This document shows, piece by piece, positions 36,092-47,035 of a DNA stretch of 64,000 nt (within the stretch, counting starts at the first letter, position 1; each line of letters starts with the position of its first letter). Position numbers and translations under genes: made by a program. Below the pieces are notes generated by a model. The model did not search any database, had not been told where the DNA came from, and was given only the letters and a program-made list of their open reading frames with translations. The stretch is taken from assembly GCA_037443945.1 (NCBI GenBank), contig JBBINH010000004.1:64976-128975 (forward strand), read 5' to 3'. Origin of the DNA: Caldilineales bacterium (GTDB taxonomy: Bacteria; Chloroflexota; Anaerolineae; J102).

Positions 36092-38206
36092 TCAAGGCGT
36101 CTCCGCGGGGAACAGACGCAGCGCCGGATCGCCCAGGAGCGCAAAGGTGAGGAGGACATCTCGCTGTCCCCCCTGTCCGGGGTCGAGGCGGTGCAACGCT
36201 GCCCGCCAGGCCTCGCCAAGGGTGGCCTCATGAAAGAGATGATGGCCGAAAAGCGCCTGCGCCAGCACCTCCTGATCGCCGGGATAGGTTTCGGCCGTAG
36301 GCACCAAGGCCGCCACGATGCCGCTCGTGGGGCTCAGGACCAGCGCTTCGCCCAGGGATTGGCGTTGCGGATGGATGAAGTAGCCGCTGAGACAGGCCCA
36401 CATCAGCACAAGCCCGAGCCGATCTCCGGCCCGCAACTGCGCTACATCTTCCGTATGCAGGATGCCCTCTTGCGCCCATAAGTCGAGGGCGCCGTGTCCC
36501 ACGTAATTCAGCAGCCGTCGGCCTTCGTTTAGACTTTGTCGCAGAGCGACGCGCACATCGGCATCCACACCTATCGTCAGCGTCGTCGGGTGAAAGGCCT
36601 CCGGTAGGAGGGAAAGGAGACGGGCGTTGAAGTCGCGGAAGAAGGGGTCGTCATCATCGCTCACGAAGAGCATCTGCCGACGCCATGGGCCCGGCGGCAG
36701 CGCCTGCTCGTAGGTGAGCGTCTTGGCGACCATGGTGGCCACATCGGCCGGACTTTGCGCCGGAAAGCGGCCCACGGCCAGGTCGGGCCGTTCGTCGCCG
36801 TCCAGGTCGGCCAAGGCGGCGTCGCCTGCCGTTGCTCCTATGACTTGGGTGTGTACGGTGGCCGTCGGCACCAGGTTCTTGTAAGGTCCTTGCAGGTAGT
36901 CATAGGGATCATAACTGGCATCGCCTACCAGGAGTACAAAACGGGGCGTCGGCGGTGGCCATTCGGCTACGGCTTGGCGCAAAAAGGCCCTGATAGCCGC
37001 CGCCGTGAGGTGCCCGGCGCCGAACGCATCGGCAATTTGATCGGTGGTGACAAGCGCAGTGCGCAACCCCTGCTGTTGCCGCCAACGCAGGAGCGGTTCT
37101 ACCGCCGCCGTCAGGGAGGGATGGGCAATGGTGATATAATCGGCCCCGTCTGGGACGGCGGGAAGAGGCGCTATCGGCCGAATCGTGCGCGGGGACAACA
37201 ACGCCCCGGCGGTGGCCGCCCAATAGTGACCGGGGGTCTGGCTCGTCCGGCCAAAACGCAGCCGATAGCTCCCACCCATCTTGCTTACGAGGCCATCCGT
37301 CAGACGGCGTGGGGGCGTGGCGGCTACATCCCACAGCTCGATATCGGGGCCGGAAAACCCGCCGATCTCGACCACCGGCGCCGTGGTGACAAAGGCAATG
37401 GTGTCGTCTGTCGCCACCAGGCTACGGGTGTAGGTGATGACCACCCGGTTGAGATACATCAGTTCGACCGGCGCTCCGGTGTCGCCCGGCGCCGTCAGAC
37501 TCAGGATGTTCGAGCCTTCGCGCAGGGTGCCGGCGGGAACGGAGAGAACCAGGCGGCGGCGGCCGCGGCCATCCCAGGTCTCCTCGGCCAGAAAACGCCC
37601 GTTGAGGGCCAAACGCAGCCGATGGTCAGGCGCAACGGCCGCCTGGCTGGCCGACCACAGCTCGATGGCGAGCTGAGCCGGTTCGCTCGTCGGTCGGGAG
37701 AGCACGACTTCTGCGCTCAACTCGGCCGGCGCCAGCAGCCGATCACCCACCCAGGGGTCGCCCTCGGCGATGGCGGGCAGATAGGTGCGCCGGAACACGG
37801 CTTCCACGACGGCCAGCCCTGTCGTCGTCGCCGGCCCGCCGCGCGGCGGGGCCGGTTCGACCATCGCCACCTGACCCTGGGTCCGGCCGAGTCGATAAAC
37901 CGCCGGGCCTGCGGCCGGCACGCGACCGGGAAAACGCAACTCCCGGTTGCGGCCATGGCCGATGAGCGCAAAGGGCACCGGCCGGTTGCCGTCGTTCAGA
38001 GACAAAGCCTCGGCCTCCAGCCGGACCAAGTCCCAGCCGAAGGGCAGCAGATCGCGGCGCTCGAGGCGATAGAGCCCGTCCCGTTCGAGCACAAGGACCA
38101 AACCTTCGGCGGCCGGCGATGCCGGTGTGGGCCGGGCGCAGGCAACGGTTACCAGGCCGATGAGCAGGCTCCACACGATGCCGAGACGCCTGTAGACGGT
38201 GTTCAC
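36092..38206 (-). CDS. Secreted peptidase C25 (gingipain-type cysteine peptidase) family protein, paralog 1.
   Basis: N-terminal signal peptide. Catalytic-dyad context LLNYVGHGALDLW...(33 aa)...MWACLSGYF reproduces the gingipain His/Cys spacing. GTG start at 38204-38206 forms a GTGA overlap with the upstream gene stop; the longer ORF reaches 38242. Confidence 0.7.
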   Translation of the reverse strand: MNTVYRRLGIVWSLLIGLVTVACARPTPASPAAEGLVLVLERDGLYRLERRDLLPFGWDLVRLEAEALSLNDGNRPVPFALIGHGRNRELRFPGRVPAAGPAVYRLGRTQGQVAMVEPAPPRGGPATTTGLAVVEAVFRRTYLPAIAEGDPWVGDRLLAPAELSAEVVLSRPTSEPAQLAIELWSASQAAVAPDHRLRLALNGRFLAEETWDGRGRRRLVLSVPAGTLREGSNILSLTAPGDTGAPVELMYLNRVVITYTRSLVATDDTIAFVTTAPVVEIGGFSGPDIELWDVAATPPRRLTDGLVSKMGGSYRLRFGRTSQTPGHYWAATAGALLSPRTIRPIAPLPAVPDGADYITIAHPSLTAAVEPLLRWRQQQGLRTALVTTDQIADAFGAGHLTAAAIRAFLRQAVAEWPPPTPRFVLLVGDASYDPYDYLQGPYKNLVPTATVHTQVIGATAGDAALADLDGDERPDLAVGRFPAQSPADVATMVAKTLTYEQALPPGPWRRQMLFVSDDDDPFFRDFNARLLSLLPEAFHPTTLTIGVDADVRVALRQSLNEGRRLLNYVGHGALDLWAQEGILHTEDVAQLRAGDRLGLVLMWACLSGYFIHPQRQSLGEALVLSPTSGIVAALVPTAETYPGDQEVLAQALFGHHLFHEATLGEAWRAALHRLDPGQGGQRDVLLTFALLGDPALRLFPAETP

Positions 38207-39261
38207 GGCCCGTCTCTCCGGAGCGTGCGGCGATAGAACCATCCGCCGATGGCGATCAAAGCGCCGGCCACAGCCAAGGCGGCCAGACCGATGCGCACAA
38301 AAAGACCGGCTTCGCTTCCGTTCCGGTGCGAGGACGCCGCCGTTGTGGGCGGCAGACGCACGCCGAAGGCGTTGGGCGACGGGATCGATGTCACCCTCTC
38401 CGATGTGACGGTTATGGGCAACGAGACCGTTGCGGTCACGTCGGCGGCAAGCGTTGGCGCCGGCATCGCCGTGGGGGGCCGAGGTGAGGGCATCGGCGCC
38501 TCGACCCCGGCCGCAGGGGTGGACTCGACCACCGTCGGCGCCGTTGCGCCCGCACCGGGCATGGCCGTCGGTACGGGTGCGACCGTTGGCGGCACCGTGG
38601 GCGTGTCCCCAGGTCTATCCGCAGGGGGTGGCAGGGTCGAAGCCGATGTCGGCGTGGAGAGGAGCGATGGCGTGGCCGTTGATGGGGTTGGATCGGAGGT
38701 TACCGGTGTGGGTGTGGGCGTAGGCAGCGGGGTGGCCGTGGGTGAGGGTGTGGGCGTGGGTGTCGCCGTGGGCGAGGGTGTGGCCGTCGCCGTAGGGGAG
38801 ATGCGCACCGTCGGCGAAGGGGTCGGTGTGAGGGTAGGGAGAAGGGGGGTGAAGGTTGGCGTGGGTGTGGGGGGAGTAGCTCCGGGCAAGGATACCATCA
38901 CCGGGGGATGCGAAGTGAGTCGGCCGTAGCCGTCCATGTCGTCAAGCCGATACCAGTACGTATGGCCCGGCAGCACGGTGTTATCCTCGAAGCGATAATA
39001 GGCGCCTGTGACCACGTCCCCACGGGCCGGGATTTGATGGACCTGTTGCCAGGGCCCGTTTTCGTTCTCCGCGCGTTGGACCAGGAACAGCAGATTGTCG
39101 GGTTCGGTGGCCGTCTCCCACTCGATGAGAATACGCCTCGCTTCCGGCTGCGCCGTGGCTCGGAAGTAGAGCAGGGTCACACTGGCCTGGACCATGGCGG
39201 TCAGGGTCAGGTTCAAGCAAAACAGGCCGACGAGAACGGCAAGGCGCCGACCATACCTCAT
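38203..39261 (-). CDS. Pro/Thr-rich cell-surface protein: signal peptide, small beta (FN3-like) domain, long PT-rich linker, C-terminal TM helix with basic tail.
   Basis: N-terminal hydrophobic leader. More than 100 aa of PTPTPSPTATP low complexity. C-terminal LFVRIGLAALAVAGALIAIGGWFYRRTLRR anchor. Sandwiched in-operon between two C25 peptidase paralogs. Confidence 0.5.
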   Translation of the reverse strand: MRYGRRLAVLVGLFCLNLTLTAMVQASVTLLYFRATAQPEARRILIEWETATEPDNLLFLVQRAENENGPWQQVHQIPARGDVVTGAYYRFEDNTVLPGHTYWYRLDDMDGYGRLTSHPPVMVSLPGATPPTPTPTFTPLLPTLTPTPSPTVRISPTATATPSPTATPTPTPSPTATPLPTPTPTPVTSDPTPSTATPSLLSTPTSASTLPPPADRPGDTPTVPPTVAPVPTAMPGAGATAPTVVESTPAAGVEAPMPSPRPPTAMPAPTLAADVTATVSLPITVTSERVTSIPSPNAFGVRLPPTTAASSHRNGSEAGLFVRIGLAALAVAGALIAIGGWFYRRTLRRDGP

Positions 39262-39263
39262 GG

Positions 39264-41546
39264 CTAACGCAGGACAAGAGGCCAATAGAGGGCATCGGCC
39301 GGACCGGGCAGGCGCAAGGCCGGGTCGCCGAAGAGGGTCATGGTGTCGATCAGATAATGAGGGCCGCCGTGCTCCTGGTAGTAGGCCTGCTGTGCCGCCA
39401 GGAGGGCCTCACCCAGGGTGCGCCCGGCGTCGTCGAAGAGCGCCGCCATCAGCAATTGCCGAAAACGGTGCTGGTCGAGAGTCCAACCCAGCCCGGAGGG
39501 CGAAATGGCGGCAATGGCGCCGCCATCGGCCCGGCGCTGCATGACCTCGGCCAGGGCAAACAAACCGGGTTGAGGATGGGCAAAGTAGCCGTCCAAGCAA
39601 TTGAAGGTGAGGACAACCGGTAACCGCGGCGCATGAGGACTCAGTTGGGCTACATCAGCGGTCGTCCAGATCGATTCGTGGGCCCAGCGATTGGGCGCAC
39701 CGTGTCCAGCGTATTGGACCATAAACACGCCCGCGTTCAGGGCCGCGGCGATGGCCTGGCGCGCGGCGTCGCCGCTGGTCACCGTGCTCCCCAGATAAAC
39801 CCGTTGCGGGATCAGGTCGACCGGGACATGCGCGGCGATGATGGCATCGCTCAAGGCCGGAAAAGCGCCTGCCTCATCCTCGTTATCGGCCACGAACAAG
39901 ATACGGCGTTGCCAGAGCTCCCGGCGGCGGTCACCGTCGTAGGTCTCGATTTTGGCCACGACGGCTTCGGCTTCGGCCAGGGTATTGACGGCAATGCGGC
40001 CCACGGCCACATCGGGTAAACCGTCACCGTTGGCATCGCCGTAGCGGCTGTCGGCAGGCACCTCGCCCTGCCAGGGATCCACCCAAGCCAGGAAAGGCGG
40101 GACATGCTGCGGTTGGGGCGGGTAGAGGGCCGGATTGTAGCCCTTGAAGTTCCAATGGCCGTCGCCGAAGAGCACAAGATAGCGCGGTTTGGGTTCGGGC
40201 CAGTGGGTTTGGGCCCAGGCCAGCAGCGCCGGTATCGCCCGGGGATGGTTGATGCCGTCATGGAACTCGTCCACGGCATCGGCCCAGAGGACTACCCGCG
40301 CCGAACGACCCTGTCGCTCATGCCAGGCGGCCAGCCGTTGCGCCGCCGGGGCCAGTTCATCGGAGGTGACGATGACCACCTCATATCCCCTGTCCGGCGT
40401 CCGCAATCCGGTAGGCGGCCGCAGGCGCAGAGTGGCCGGCTGCCGGAACGTGGCCTCGTCCTGAAGCCAGTAGCGGGCACCGGCCCCGGCCCGGCTGCGA
40501 AAGCGCAGACCCTGGCCCACCGCGCCCGTCTCCGGCCGCGCACCCACCAGACGTTGCGGCCGGGTCGGATCGGTGATCTCCCAAATGGCGACCCGATGGG
40601 CCCGGTCCCAGCCATCGCTGGCGTACTCCTGAGGGCCATCCTGTTCGGTGGCGAAGGACAGCCACTCCTCCCAGGCGCGGAACAGGCGTCGGTACTCAAG
40701 CTGCCAATAGTTGACATAAAGCCAATCGGCCGATGTGGGCGGCAGGTTGAAGGCGCTGATGCTCACCTCGTTACGACCATGGGCGAACAGCGAGGCCGAA
40801 ACGGGCATGGTAAAGACGCGGGTCGTTTTGCCGGCCCAGGTGTAATCGCCCACCGGAGCGGTGCCAACGGCGATGCTCGTGCGGCGGTTGACCGCCGCGC
40901 GGCTGCTCAGTTCGACCGTGAGTCGAAAACGGCCTTGGGTGGCAGGGTAAGGCACGGTATAGGGCAATGTCACGGTGACTCCCTGGCCCACGCCCACCGG
41001 CCGCAGCTCGGCCCACAGCCAGGTATCGTAGGTGACCGGCGTGGCCGTGTGATAGGTGTACCAATAGCGGTTTTCCTCGGCCCGCACCACGGCGGCGAAA
41101 TCGGTTGGCGGCGCGCCATCACCCAGTGGGGTTGCCTCGATCTCGGTGATCCGTGGACCGGCCGCGGCGCCGATGTCGAGCCAGTAGACCCGTTCGTCGG
41201 TGTACTTTTCCACCATCGGATCCGCGCGCAAACGCTCGCCGAAGAACTCGATGCTATCGCCGGGATCAAAATGGCCGTCCGCCTCGCCGAGCACGCGTAT
41301 AGCGACCGGCTGACCCAGGCTGCTGAGGGCAAAAGTGCGGGGATCCACGGTCTCCACCGCCACCCCGGCCGTCCTCAGGTCCTCAGGGGTAAGGCGGTAG
41401 ATGCCGTCGGCCACGATGCCGATGCGCACGCGGATGACGGGCGTGGTCGCGTCGGCGGCCGATGCCTGTTGCGCCGTAGCCGGCAGGGTGAGAATAGGAC
41501 TGAACAGAAGGCCGATGAGCAGCGAGGCAACGATGGTGCTTCGCAT
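39264..41546 (-). CDS. Secreted peptidase C25 (gingipain-type) family protein, paralog 2.
   Basis: Signal peptide. MVQYAGHGAPNRW...(33 aa)...LTFNCLDGYF His/Cys dyad context. N-terminal domain similar to paralog 1. Confidence 0.7.
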   Translation of the reverse strand: MRSTIVASLLIGLLFSPILTLPATAQQASAADATTPVIRVRIGIVADGIYRLTPEDLRTAGVAVETVDPRTFALSSLGQPVAIRVLGEADGHFDPGDSIEFFGERLRADPMVEKYTDERVYWLDIGAAAGPRITEIEATPLGDGAPPTDFAAVVRAEENRYWYTYHTATPVTYDTWLWAELRPVGVGQGVTVTLPYTVPYPATQGRFRLTVELSSRAAVNRRTSIAVGTAPVGDYTWAGKTTRVFTMPVSASLFAHGRNEVSISAFNLPPTSADWLYVNYWQLEYRRLFRAWEEWLSFATEQDGPQEYASDGWDRAHRVAIWEITDPTRPQRLVGARPETGAVGQGLRFRSRAGAGARYWLQDEATFRQPATLRLRPPTGLRTPDRGYEVVIVTSDELAPAAQRLAAWHERQGRSARVVLWADAVDEFHDGINHPRAIPALLAWAQTHWPEPKPRYLVLFGDGHWNFKGYNPALYPPQPQHVPPFLAWVDPWQGEVPADSRYGDANGDGLPDVAVGRIAVNTLAEAEAVVAKIETYDGDRRRELWQRRILFVADNEDEAGAFPALSDAIIAAHVPVDLIPQRVYLGSTVTSGDAARQAIAAALNAGVFMVQYAGHGAPNRWAHESIWTTADVAQLSPHAPRLPVVLTFNCLDGYFAHPQPGLFALAEVMQRRADGGAIAAISPSGLGWTLDQHRFRQLLMAALFDDAGRTLGEALLAAQQAYYQEHGGPHYLIDTMTLFGDPALRLPGPADALYWPLVLR

Positions 41547-41629
41547 AATGAACGATTGCGCTATTGGCGAGAGGGTAGCCCAGGAGCTGCTTGTTGACCC
41601 GGACTGCCGCGGCTTTGGGGCAGGCGGCT

Positions 41630-43450
41630 TTAGCCTGCCGTGGCAGCATGGGCCAGAGCACGCGCCTGCTCGATGTAAGCCAGGCTCTGGTGACGAAAGT
41701 AGGTGTTGTAGAGGAGGGCATAGTGCCCACCGCGGGCCAGTAGGGCCGCATGGTGACCTTCTTCGACGATGCGACCCTTTTCCAGGACGATGATGCGGTC
41801 GGCCGCTTTGACGGTGGAAAGCCGATGGGCGATGACGATGCTCGTCGCCCGCGCGAGCATCAGGGTCACGGCTTCCTGGATCTGACGCTCGGTAAAGGGG
41901 TCGATGCTGGCCGTCGCCTCGTCAAGGATAAAAATGGCCGGTTGCTGGACGAGCACCCGCATCAGCGCCACCAGCTGGCGTTGGCCCAGCGAGAGCCATG
42001 CCCCGCGCTCACCGACTTCGGTTTGCAACCCTTGGGGCAGGGCCTCCAGCCATTCGCCATCGCCGATCTGACGGGCCAGGGCCATGATCTCGGCATCGCT
42101 GACCTCCGGCCGGGCATAACGGATGTTATCGGCTACCGTGCCCGCAAAAAGGAAGGGTGTTTGCGGGACGATCCCCAGGCAACGGCGATAGGCTGCCAGA
42201 TCAAAGGAGCGGATGTCGTGCCCATCGATGAGGATGCGACCTTCCTGAAACTCGTAGAACCGGGCCAACAGTTTGATGACGGAAGACTTGCCGGCGCCGG
42301 TATGGCCCACCAGGGCCACACTTTCGCCGGCACGGATGTGCAGATTGAAATCGTCGAGAACCTGTTCCTGCTCGCTGTAGCGAAAGCAAACGTGTTCAAA
42401 GCGGATGTCCCCGCGCAGGTGGCCGGGTCGGCGATGCTCGCGTTGGACGACGGCGGGCTCGGCCTCGATAAGGGCGAAGATACGTTCCGCCGCCGCCAGA
42501 CCGGCCTGCACCTGGGCCGAAAACGCCGCCAGGTTGAGGACGGGGAAGAAGAAACGCTCCAGGCTGCCGAGGAAGAGATACCAGGCGCCGGCGGTCACAA
42601 CCCCCGCCACCACGCTACGGCCGCCTGCCCATACGAACAAGGCCACGATGATACCGGACAGAGCATTGAGGATGGGGAAGACGCTGGCCAGCACCAACCC
42701 CCGGCGGACATTGACGGCATAGGAACGACGGTTGGCCGCGTCGAAATCGGCGTAGATGGCGCTCTCCTGCCGATAGTTTTTGGCCACGGCGATCCCGCTG
42801 ATGCTTTCCTTGATCCTGGCATTGACCACGGCCATGGCCTGCATCCCGCGGCGGGTCACCCGGCGCATCAGCCGCCGCAGGCTGCTGGCCGTGATGAAGA
42901 TGAGCGGGATGGTGGCAAAGAGATAGAGGCTAAGCTGCAGGTCAATGGCGATCAGCAAGCCTGCCAGCAGCAGGGCCTCGATGAGATGGGAGAGGGTGTC
43001 GGTGAGGAGCACGACAACATCGCCGAAGTCTTTGCTATCGGAGGTGATGCGCGAAACGATGCGACCGGAGGCATAGCGGTCGTAGAACGAGAGGTCATGG
43101 CGCACGGCCGCCGCCACGGCGGTGGTGCGGAGTTCGAAGACCACCTGGGCCAAGACGCGCGTGCTCAGCCGTCGCCGCCACCAATTCGTCGCCCAACTCA
43201 GGATACCGGAAGCCAGGACGGCCACCATGATCAGGGCGATCACCGGCGTTGTCGATCGCTTCTGGATCAGGTCCACCCCCCAGGCGACGATGACGGGCAA
43301 GGCGGCACCCGTCACGGCGATGGTGAGGAGAAGCAGGGCGATGAGCAGCAGCGACCGCCGGTGGGGTCGGAAGTAGCGCCACATGCCTCGGATCAGCGTG
43401 CGGTCGTCATACTGGCGGTCGTAGGCTTCGACATCGAGATGGCCGAACAT
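41630..43450 (-). CDS. ABC transporter, fused permease/ATP-binding (type I exporter half-transporter).
   Basis: 6-TM N-terminal domain. Walker A GHTGAGKSS, signature LSLGQRQ, Walker B ILDEATASID. Confidence 0.8.
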   Translation of the reverse strand: MFGHLDVEAYDRQYDDRTLIRGMWRYFRPHRRSLLLIALLLLTIAVTGAALPVIVAWGVDLIQKRSTTPVIALIMVAVLASGILSWATNWWRRRLSTRVLAQVVFELRTTAVAAAVRHDLSFYDRYASGRIVSRITSDSKDFGDVVVLLTDTLSHLIEALLLAGLLIAIDLQLSLYLFATIPLIFITASSLRRLMRRVTRRGMQAMAVVNARIKESISGIAVAKNYRQESAIYADFDAANRRSYAVNVRRGLVLASVFPILNALSGIIVALFVWAGGRSVVAGVVTAGAWYLFLGSLERFFFPVLNLAAFSAQVQAGLAAAERIFALIEAEPAVVQREHRRPGHLRGDIRFEHVCFRYSEQEQVLDDFNLHIRAGESVALVGHTGAGKSSVIKLLARFYEFQEGRILIDGHDIRSFDLAAYRRCLGIVPQTPFLFAGTVADNIRYARPEVSDAEIMALARQIGDGEWLEALPQGLQTEVGERGAWLSLGQRQLVALMRVLVQQPAIFILDEATASIDPFTERQIQEAVTLMLARATSIVIAHRLSTVKAADRIIVLEKGRIVEEGHHAALLARGGHYALLYNTYFRHQSLAYIEQARALAHAATAG

Positions 43451-43453
43451 GGG

Positions 43454-45250
43454 CTATTCCGCAAAAAGACGACGATAGGCGGGCGAAGTCCGCAAGAGGG
43501 TTTCGTGGTCCCCCATGGCAGCGATGCGTCCTTTGCGCAGGACGATGATCCGATCGGCCCAGCGGATTTGCGAGAGGCGGTGGGTGATGATCAACGTCGT
43601 GCGCCCGCGTGCGGCGGCGTAGATGGCCTGTTGGATTTTGTCTTCGGTAGCGCTGTCAATGGAGCTGGTCGCGTCATCGAGGATGAGGATGCGCGGATCG
43701 GTCAGAAAGGCGCGGGCCAGGGCCAGGCGCTGGCGCTGACCACCCGAGAGGGTGACCCCACGCTCGCCGACGACGGTGTCGTAGCCGTCTTTGAAGGCCA
43801 TAATGAAGTCATGCGCCTGGGCGGCGCGGGCGGCGGCTTCGATCGCCGCTCGCGTGGCGTCGGGTTTGCCAAAGGCGATATTTTCGGCAATGGTGCGCGA
43901 GAAGAGGAAGATATCCTGCTCGATCACGGCAATCTGGCGGCGCAGGGCCTCCAGGTTCCAATCGCGCACGTCCACACCGTCGATGCATACCCGCCCGGCG
44001 CCCACGTCGTAGGTGCGATTGACCAGTTTGACCAGGGTGGTTTTACCGGCGCCGGTCTGGCCGACAATGGCCACGGTCTGGCCCGGCGCCACGGTAAAGG
44101 AAATATCATGGAGCACCGGTTCGCCGTCTTCTTCGTAAGCGAAGGTCACGCCCTCGAAGGCAATATGACCGACCATCGGTTGCGCATAGCCGGTCGGGTT
44201 CTGGTCCAGATGGGTTTCACGGTTGATCAGGTCGAGGATGCGCCGGGCAGCGGCCAGACCCGACGAGACCTGCGAATAGGCGAAAAGGGAAACAAAGGTC
44301 GGAAAGTTCAGCATCTGCAAAAGGCCGAAGTAGGCGACCACATCACCGACGGTCAGCCATCCCCGATGCAACAGGAACAAAGCATGGCCCAGGCCGGCGG
44401 CCGCAGCCATGCCCAAAAACAGTAAGGGCAGAAAACGGGCTTCGACATTGCCCTGCCGCACCAGAGCACGACGAAAGGCTCCGGCGGCCTCGGCGAAGCG
44501 GCGGACCTCGGCCTCTTCCTGGACCGCCGCCTTGACCGTCTCAATGCCGTCCAGGACCTCGGCCAGGCGGGCGTTCATCCGACCGAAACGGGCCCGCACC
44601 TCATCGGTGATAGGGCGCAATTCGCGCAGATAGTGGGCCAGGGCCAGCACATAGAACACGATATACACGGCCGGTGTGATAACCAGGGCCGGATGGTAGC
44701 GCAGGGCCAGGAACAACGGCATGAACAAGAAAAAGCCCGAGCCGACAACCAGGTTGAGGCCGGGGTTGAACATCAGGTTGATCTCGCGCACGTCGTTGGT
44801 GGCGCGGGCCATGGTATCGCCTATCGGCTGCAGACTATGAAAGGTCATGCTCTTGCCCAACAGGCTGACATACAGCTCCTGGCGGATATCCCGTTCCAGG
44901 CGTTGACCGATCATCTCGGCACCGCCGTTGCGTCCGAATTGCAGCACGCTGCGGGCCAATTGCGTGGCGATGATCCACAACGCCGCCCGTCCGATGGCCG
45001 GGATATCCGGCGGCCTTTGCAGGACGGCATTGAAAGCCAGGCCGGTGTAGATCGGGATGGCTGCGGCCAGGGCGGCATTGCTGAAAGCGCCGATAAGCAT
45101 CACCACCCCCCATGGCCAGTGGCGCAGGCTATGGAAGAGCAACCAGCGCACGGCCCCGCGACGGTCGCTGCGATAGGGCAGGTGGAGGGTGAACTCGGCC
45201 GAAGCGGTGGCAGGGGTCATGGCAGCGTTACCGGATAAACCCGTTATCAT
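43454..45250 (-). CDS. ABC transporter, fused permease/ATP-binding (partner half-transporter; likely heterodimeric exporter).
   Basis: Walker [10 protein letters not shown], signature LSGGQRQ, Walker [12 protein letters not shown]. 4-nt gap to the downstream paralog. Confidence 0.8.
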   Translation of the reverse strand: MITGLSGNAAMTPATASAEFTLHLPYRSDRRGAVRWLLFHSLRHWPWGVVMLIGAFSNAALAAAIPIYTGLAFNAVLQRPPDIPAIGRAALWIIATQLARSVLQFGRNGGAEMIGQRLERDIRQELYVSLLGKSMTFHSLQPIGDTMARATNDVREINLMFNPGLNLVVGSGFFLFMPLFLALRYHPALVITPAVYIVFYVLALAHYLRELRPITDEVRARFGRMNARLAEVLDGIETVKAAVQEEAEVRRFAEAAGAFRRALVRQGNVEARFLPLLFLGMAAAAGLGHALFLLHRGWLTVGDVVAYFGLLQMLNFPTFVSLFAYSQVSSGLAAARRILDLINRETHLDQNPTGYAQPMVGHIAFEGVTFAYEEDGEPVLHDISFTVAPGQTVAIVGQTGAGKTTLVKLVNRTYDVGAGRVCIDGVDVRDWNLEALRRQIAVIEQDIFLFSRTIAENIAFGKPDATRAAIEAAARAAQAHDFIMAFKDGYDTVVGERGVTLSGGQRQRLALARAFLTDPRILILDDATSSIDSATEDKIQQAIYAAARGRTTLIITHRLSQIRWADRIIVLRKGRIAAMGDHETLLRTSPAYRRLFAE

Positions 45251-45306
45251 CGTAAGAACGACCGCATGCCCATTGTACTGCCTGGACCGGGGAAGGCGAA
45301 ACCGCA

Positions 45307-45408
45307 GACTCGGTTCTATCTTTTGTTGGTGAGAACGTTTGAACGTTAGAACGTTAGAACGTTATGCCTGCCTGCCGCTCTTGCGCCAACACACTCCGGA
45401 ACCGAGTC
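45307..45408 (+). mobile_element. MITE-like element, copy 3 (102 bp) with perfect 8-bp target-site duplication AAACCGCA.
   Basis: TIRs GACTCGGTTC / GAACCGAGTC. AAACCGCA at 45299-45306 and 45409-45416. Internal array has 4 GAACGTTN units. Confidence 0.8.
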
Positions 45409-45661
45409 AAACCGCAGGATAGGCCCGGCGACGGGGCCAGGCCGTGCCTGCTCATCGGGCTGTGCTTGCCGGCTTAGGTCCGTGGCGATCGGCGGCGGGC
45501 CATAACGTGTCGCCGATGCTATCTTGAGTCTCCGGCAAAAACCCGAACCTGACCAACCCCCCAACCAGGCGCCAAGGCAGTTGCACAGGATGCGATCCGA
45601 TCCCCAGGGAGCTTCGTCCCGATCGAGTTGGGCCGGGCCTGATCGCAACAGCCCTAAGGCT

Positions 45662-47014
45662 TTATGACCGCTCCTCCACCACGAAGGTCGGTACCGTGGA
45701 ACCGCCGCCGGCCGTGACGTTGAGCAAAGCCACGGTCGAAAGGCGGGTCAAACAGCTTGACATAAACTCGCCGTCAAAGCAGAACGGCGCCGTGTCGAAA
45801 AGACGGGGGATGAGTTGGAGTCGACCGTCCACCAGGCCGGGATACGGCTCGGTGGGGATGGTGATGCGCTCTTGCACGATGTACGGCTCGGTCAGCGCCG
45901 TTTGCACGGCCGCGGCCCAGGCGCTATCGTCCACCTCCCAGCCCAGGACGATGCCTTTGCCACCGTATTCGTCGTTGGGCTTGAGGACAAGCTGCGCGCG
46001 ATGGGCGAGGACGAAGGGGATCAGATCGACCTGTTCGCCGTTGTATTCGGTATAACGCTCGGTCACGAGACGGGTCCAGGGCACATGGGCGCGAATGGCG
46101 GCGTTTTCCTCGGCGCTAAACAGGTGGCGATGGCGTTCATCGCTCAACACGGCCAGACTGGCTTTCTTATAGAGCAGTTTACAGGCCGGGGGATTGACCA
46201 TGCAGACGGCCCGGTCGCGCACGGCGCGCAGGATGGGCTGATCCAGACCGCCCCAACGTACCAACTCGGAGGTGAGCACGCGTTTGTAGATGAGATCGAC
46301 GGCAAAATCGCCGATATAGAGCCTGCCGTTCCGGTACTCCGCCGCACGCGGATCGGCGATGATGCACTCCAGCCCGTGGCTGCGAAAATAATCGGCAAAA
46401 AGAACGAACTCGGAATAGGTGGGCACCTCGCTCCAATCGAGGATGGCCACCCGCGGACGCTCACGCCGGCCCCGCCATTGCCGATAACTGTCGAGCAACG
46501 CATGAAGGGTATCGGCGCGCGCGGGCAAAGGTCGCACCTGATAGCGCTTCATGAACTCGCCCATGACCGGCAGCCCCAGAAAAACCTCCGAGAGGACATC
46601 GTTATAAGCCGCCGCCGCCGGCGTTTCGGCATTGTACTCGGTCACCTTCAGGGTCAAGGTGGCAGGGTCGAAGAAGGTGTCGAGACGGGCCAGAGGCGTC
46701 GGACTGCGATAACCGGGGTCTAGTCCGACCAGTTCCTCTTCCCACTCCAACAAACCGAACTGGCGTCGGAAGTCCGGATCGGCCAGGGCAAGGCGGTGGA
46801 TGCGGGCGAAGGCCGCCAGGAGACGGGCCACCCGCTGCTGAAGATAGCGGAAGTGCTCCGGGGTCAGGAAGCGCGGGCGCAGGACGGTGCACAGAGGCCG
46901 ATTGCCGAAGAAAAGACCGTAGCGTTGTTGCTGCTCGTCCAGTTGCGCCTGCGAGGCCTGGGCCAGCTCTTCGTCGAGCCGATCGTGGTAGAAGCGAATG
47001 GCGTCGTCTAGCAT
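45662..47014 (-). CDS. Circularly permuted ATP-grasp type 2 / glutathionylspermidine-synthetase-like amidoligase family protein.
   Basis: 450 aa. Sequence pattern and size consistent with the CP-ATP-grasp family. Last gene of a 4-gene minus-strand operon. Confidence 0.6.
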   Translation of the reverse strand: MLDDAIRFYHDRLDEELAQASQAQLDEQQQRYGLFFGNRPLCTVLRPRFLTPEHFRYLQQRVARLLAAFARIHRLALADPDFRRQFGLLEWEEELVGLDPGYRSPTPLARLDTFFDPATLTLKVTEYNAETPAAAAYNDVLSEVFLGLPVMGEFMKRYQVRPLPARADTLHALLDSYRQWRGRRERPRVAILDWSEVPTYSEFVLFADYFRSHGLECIIADPRAAEYRNGRLYIGDFAVDLIYKRVLTSELVRWGGLDQPILRAVRDRAVCMVNPPACKLLYKKASLAVLSDERHRHLFSAEENAAIRAHVPWTRLVTERYTEYNGEQVDLIPFVLAHRAQLVLKPNDEYGGKGIVLGWEVDDSAWAAAVQTALTEPYIVQERITIPTEPYPGLVDGRLQLIPRLFDTAPFCFDGEFMSSCLTRLSTVALLNVTAGGGSTVPTFVVEERS

Positions 47015-47035
47015 AGGTTGGCGACGGGGATGAAC

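Noticed and set aside
38430-38930. Repetitive GGTGTGGGCGTGGG-type DNA within 38203-39261 that could look like a tandem-repeat element.
   Set aside because: It is the coding sequence of the Pro/Thr-rich linker (PTPTPSPTATP) on the opposite strand: low-complexity coding repeat, not a mobile element.
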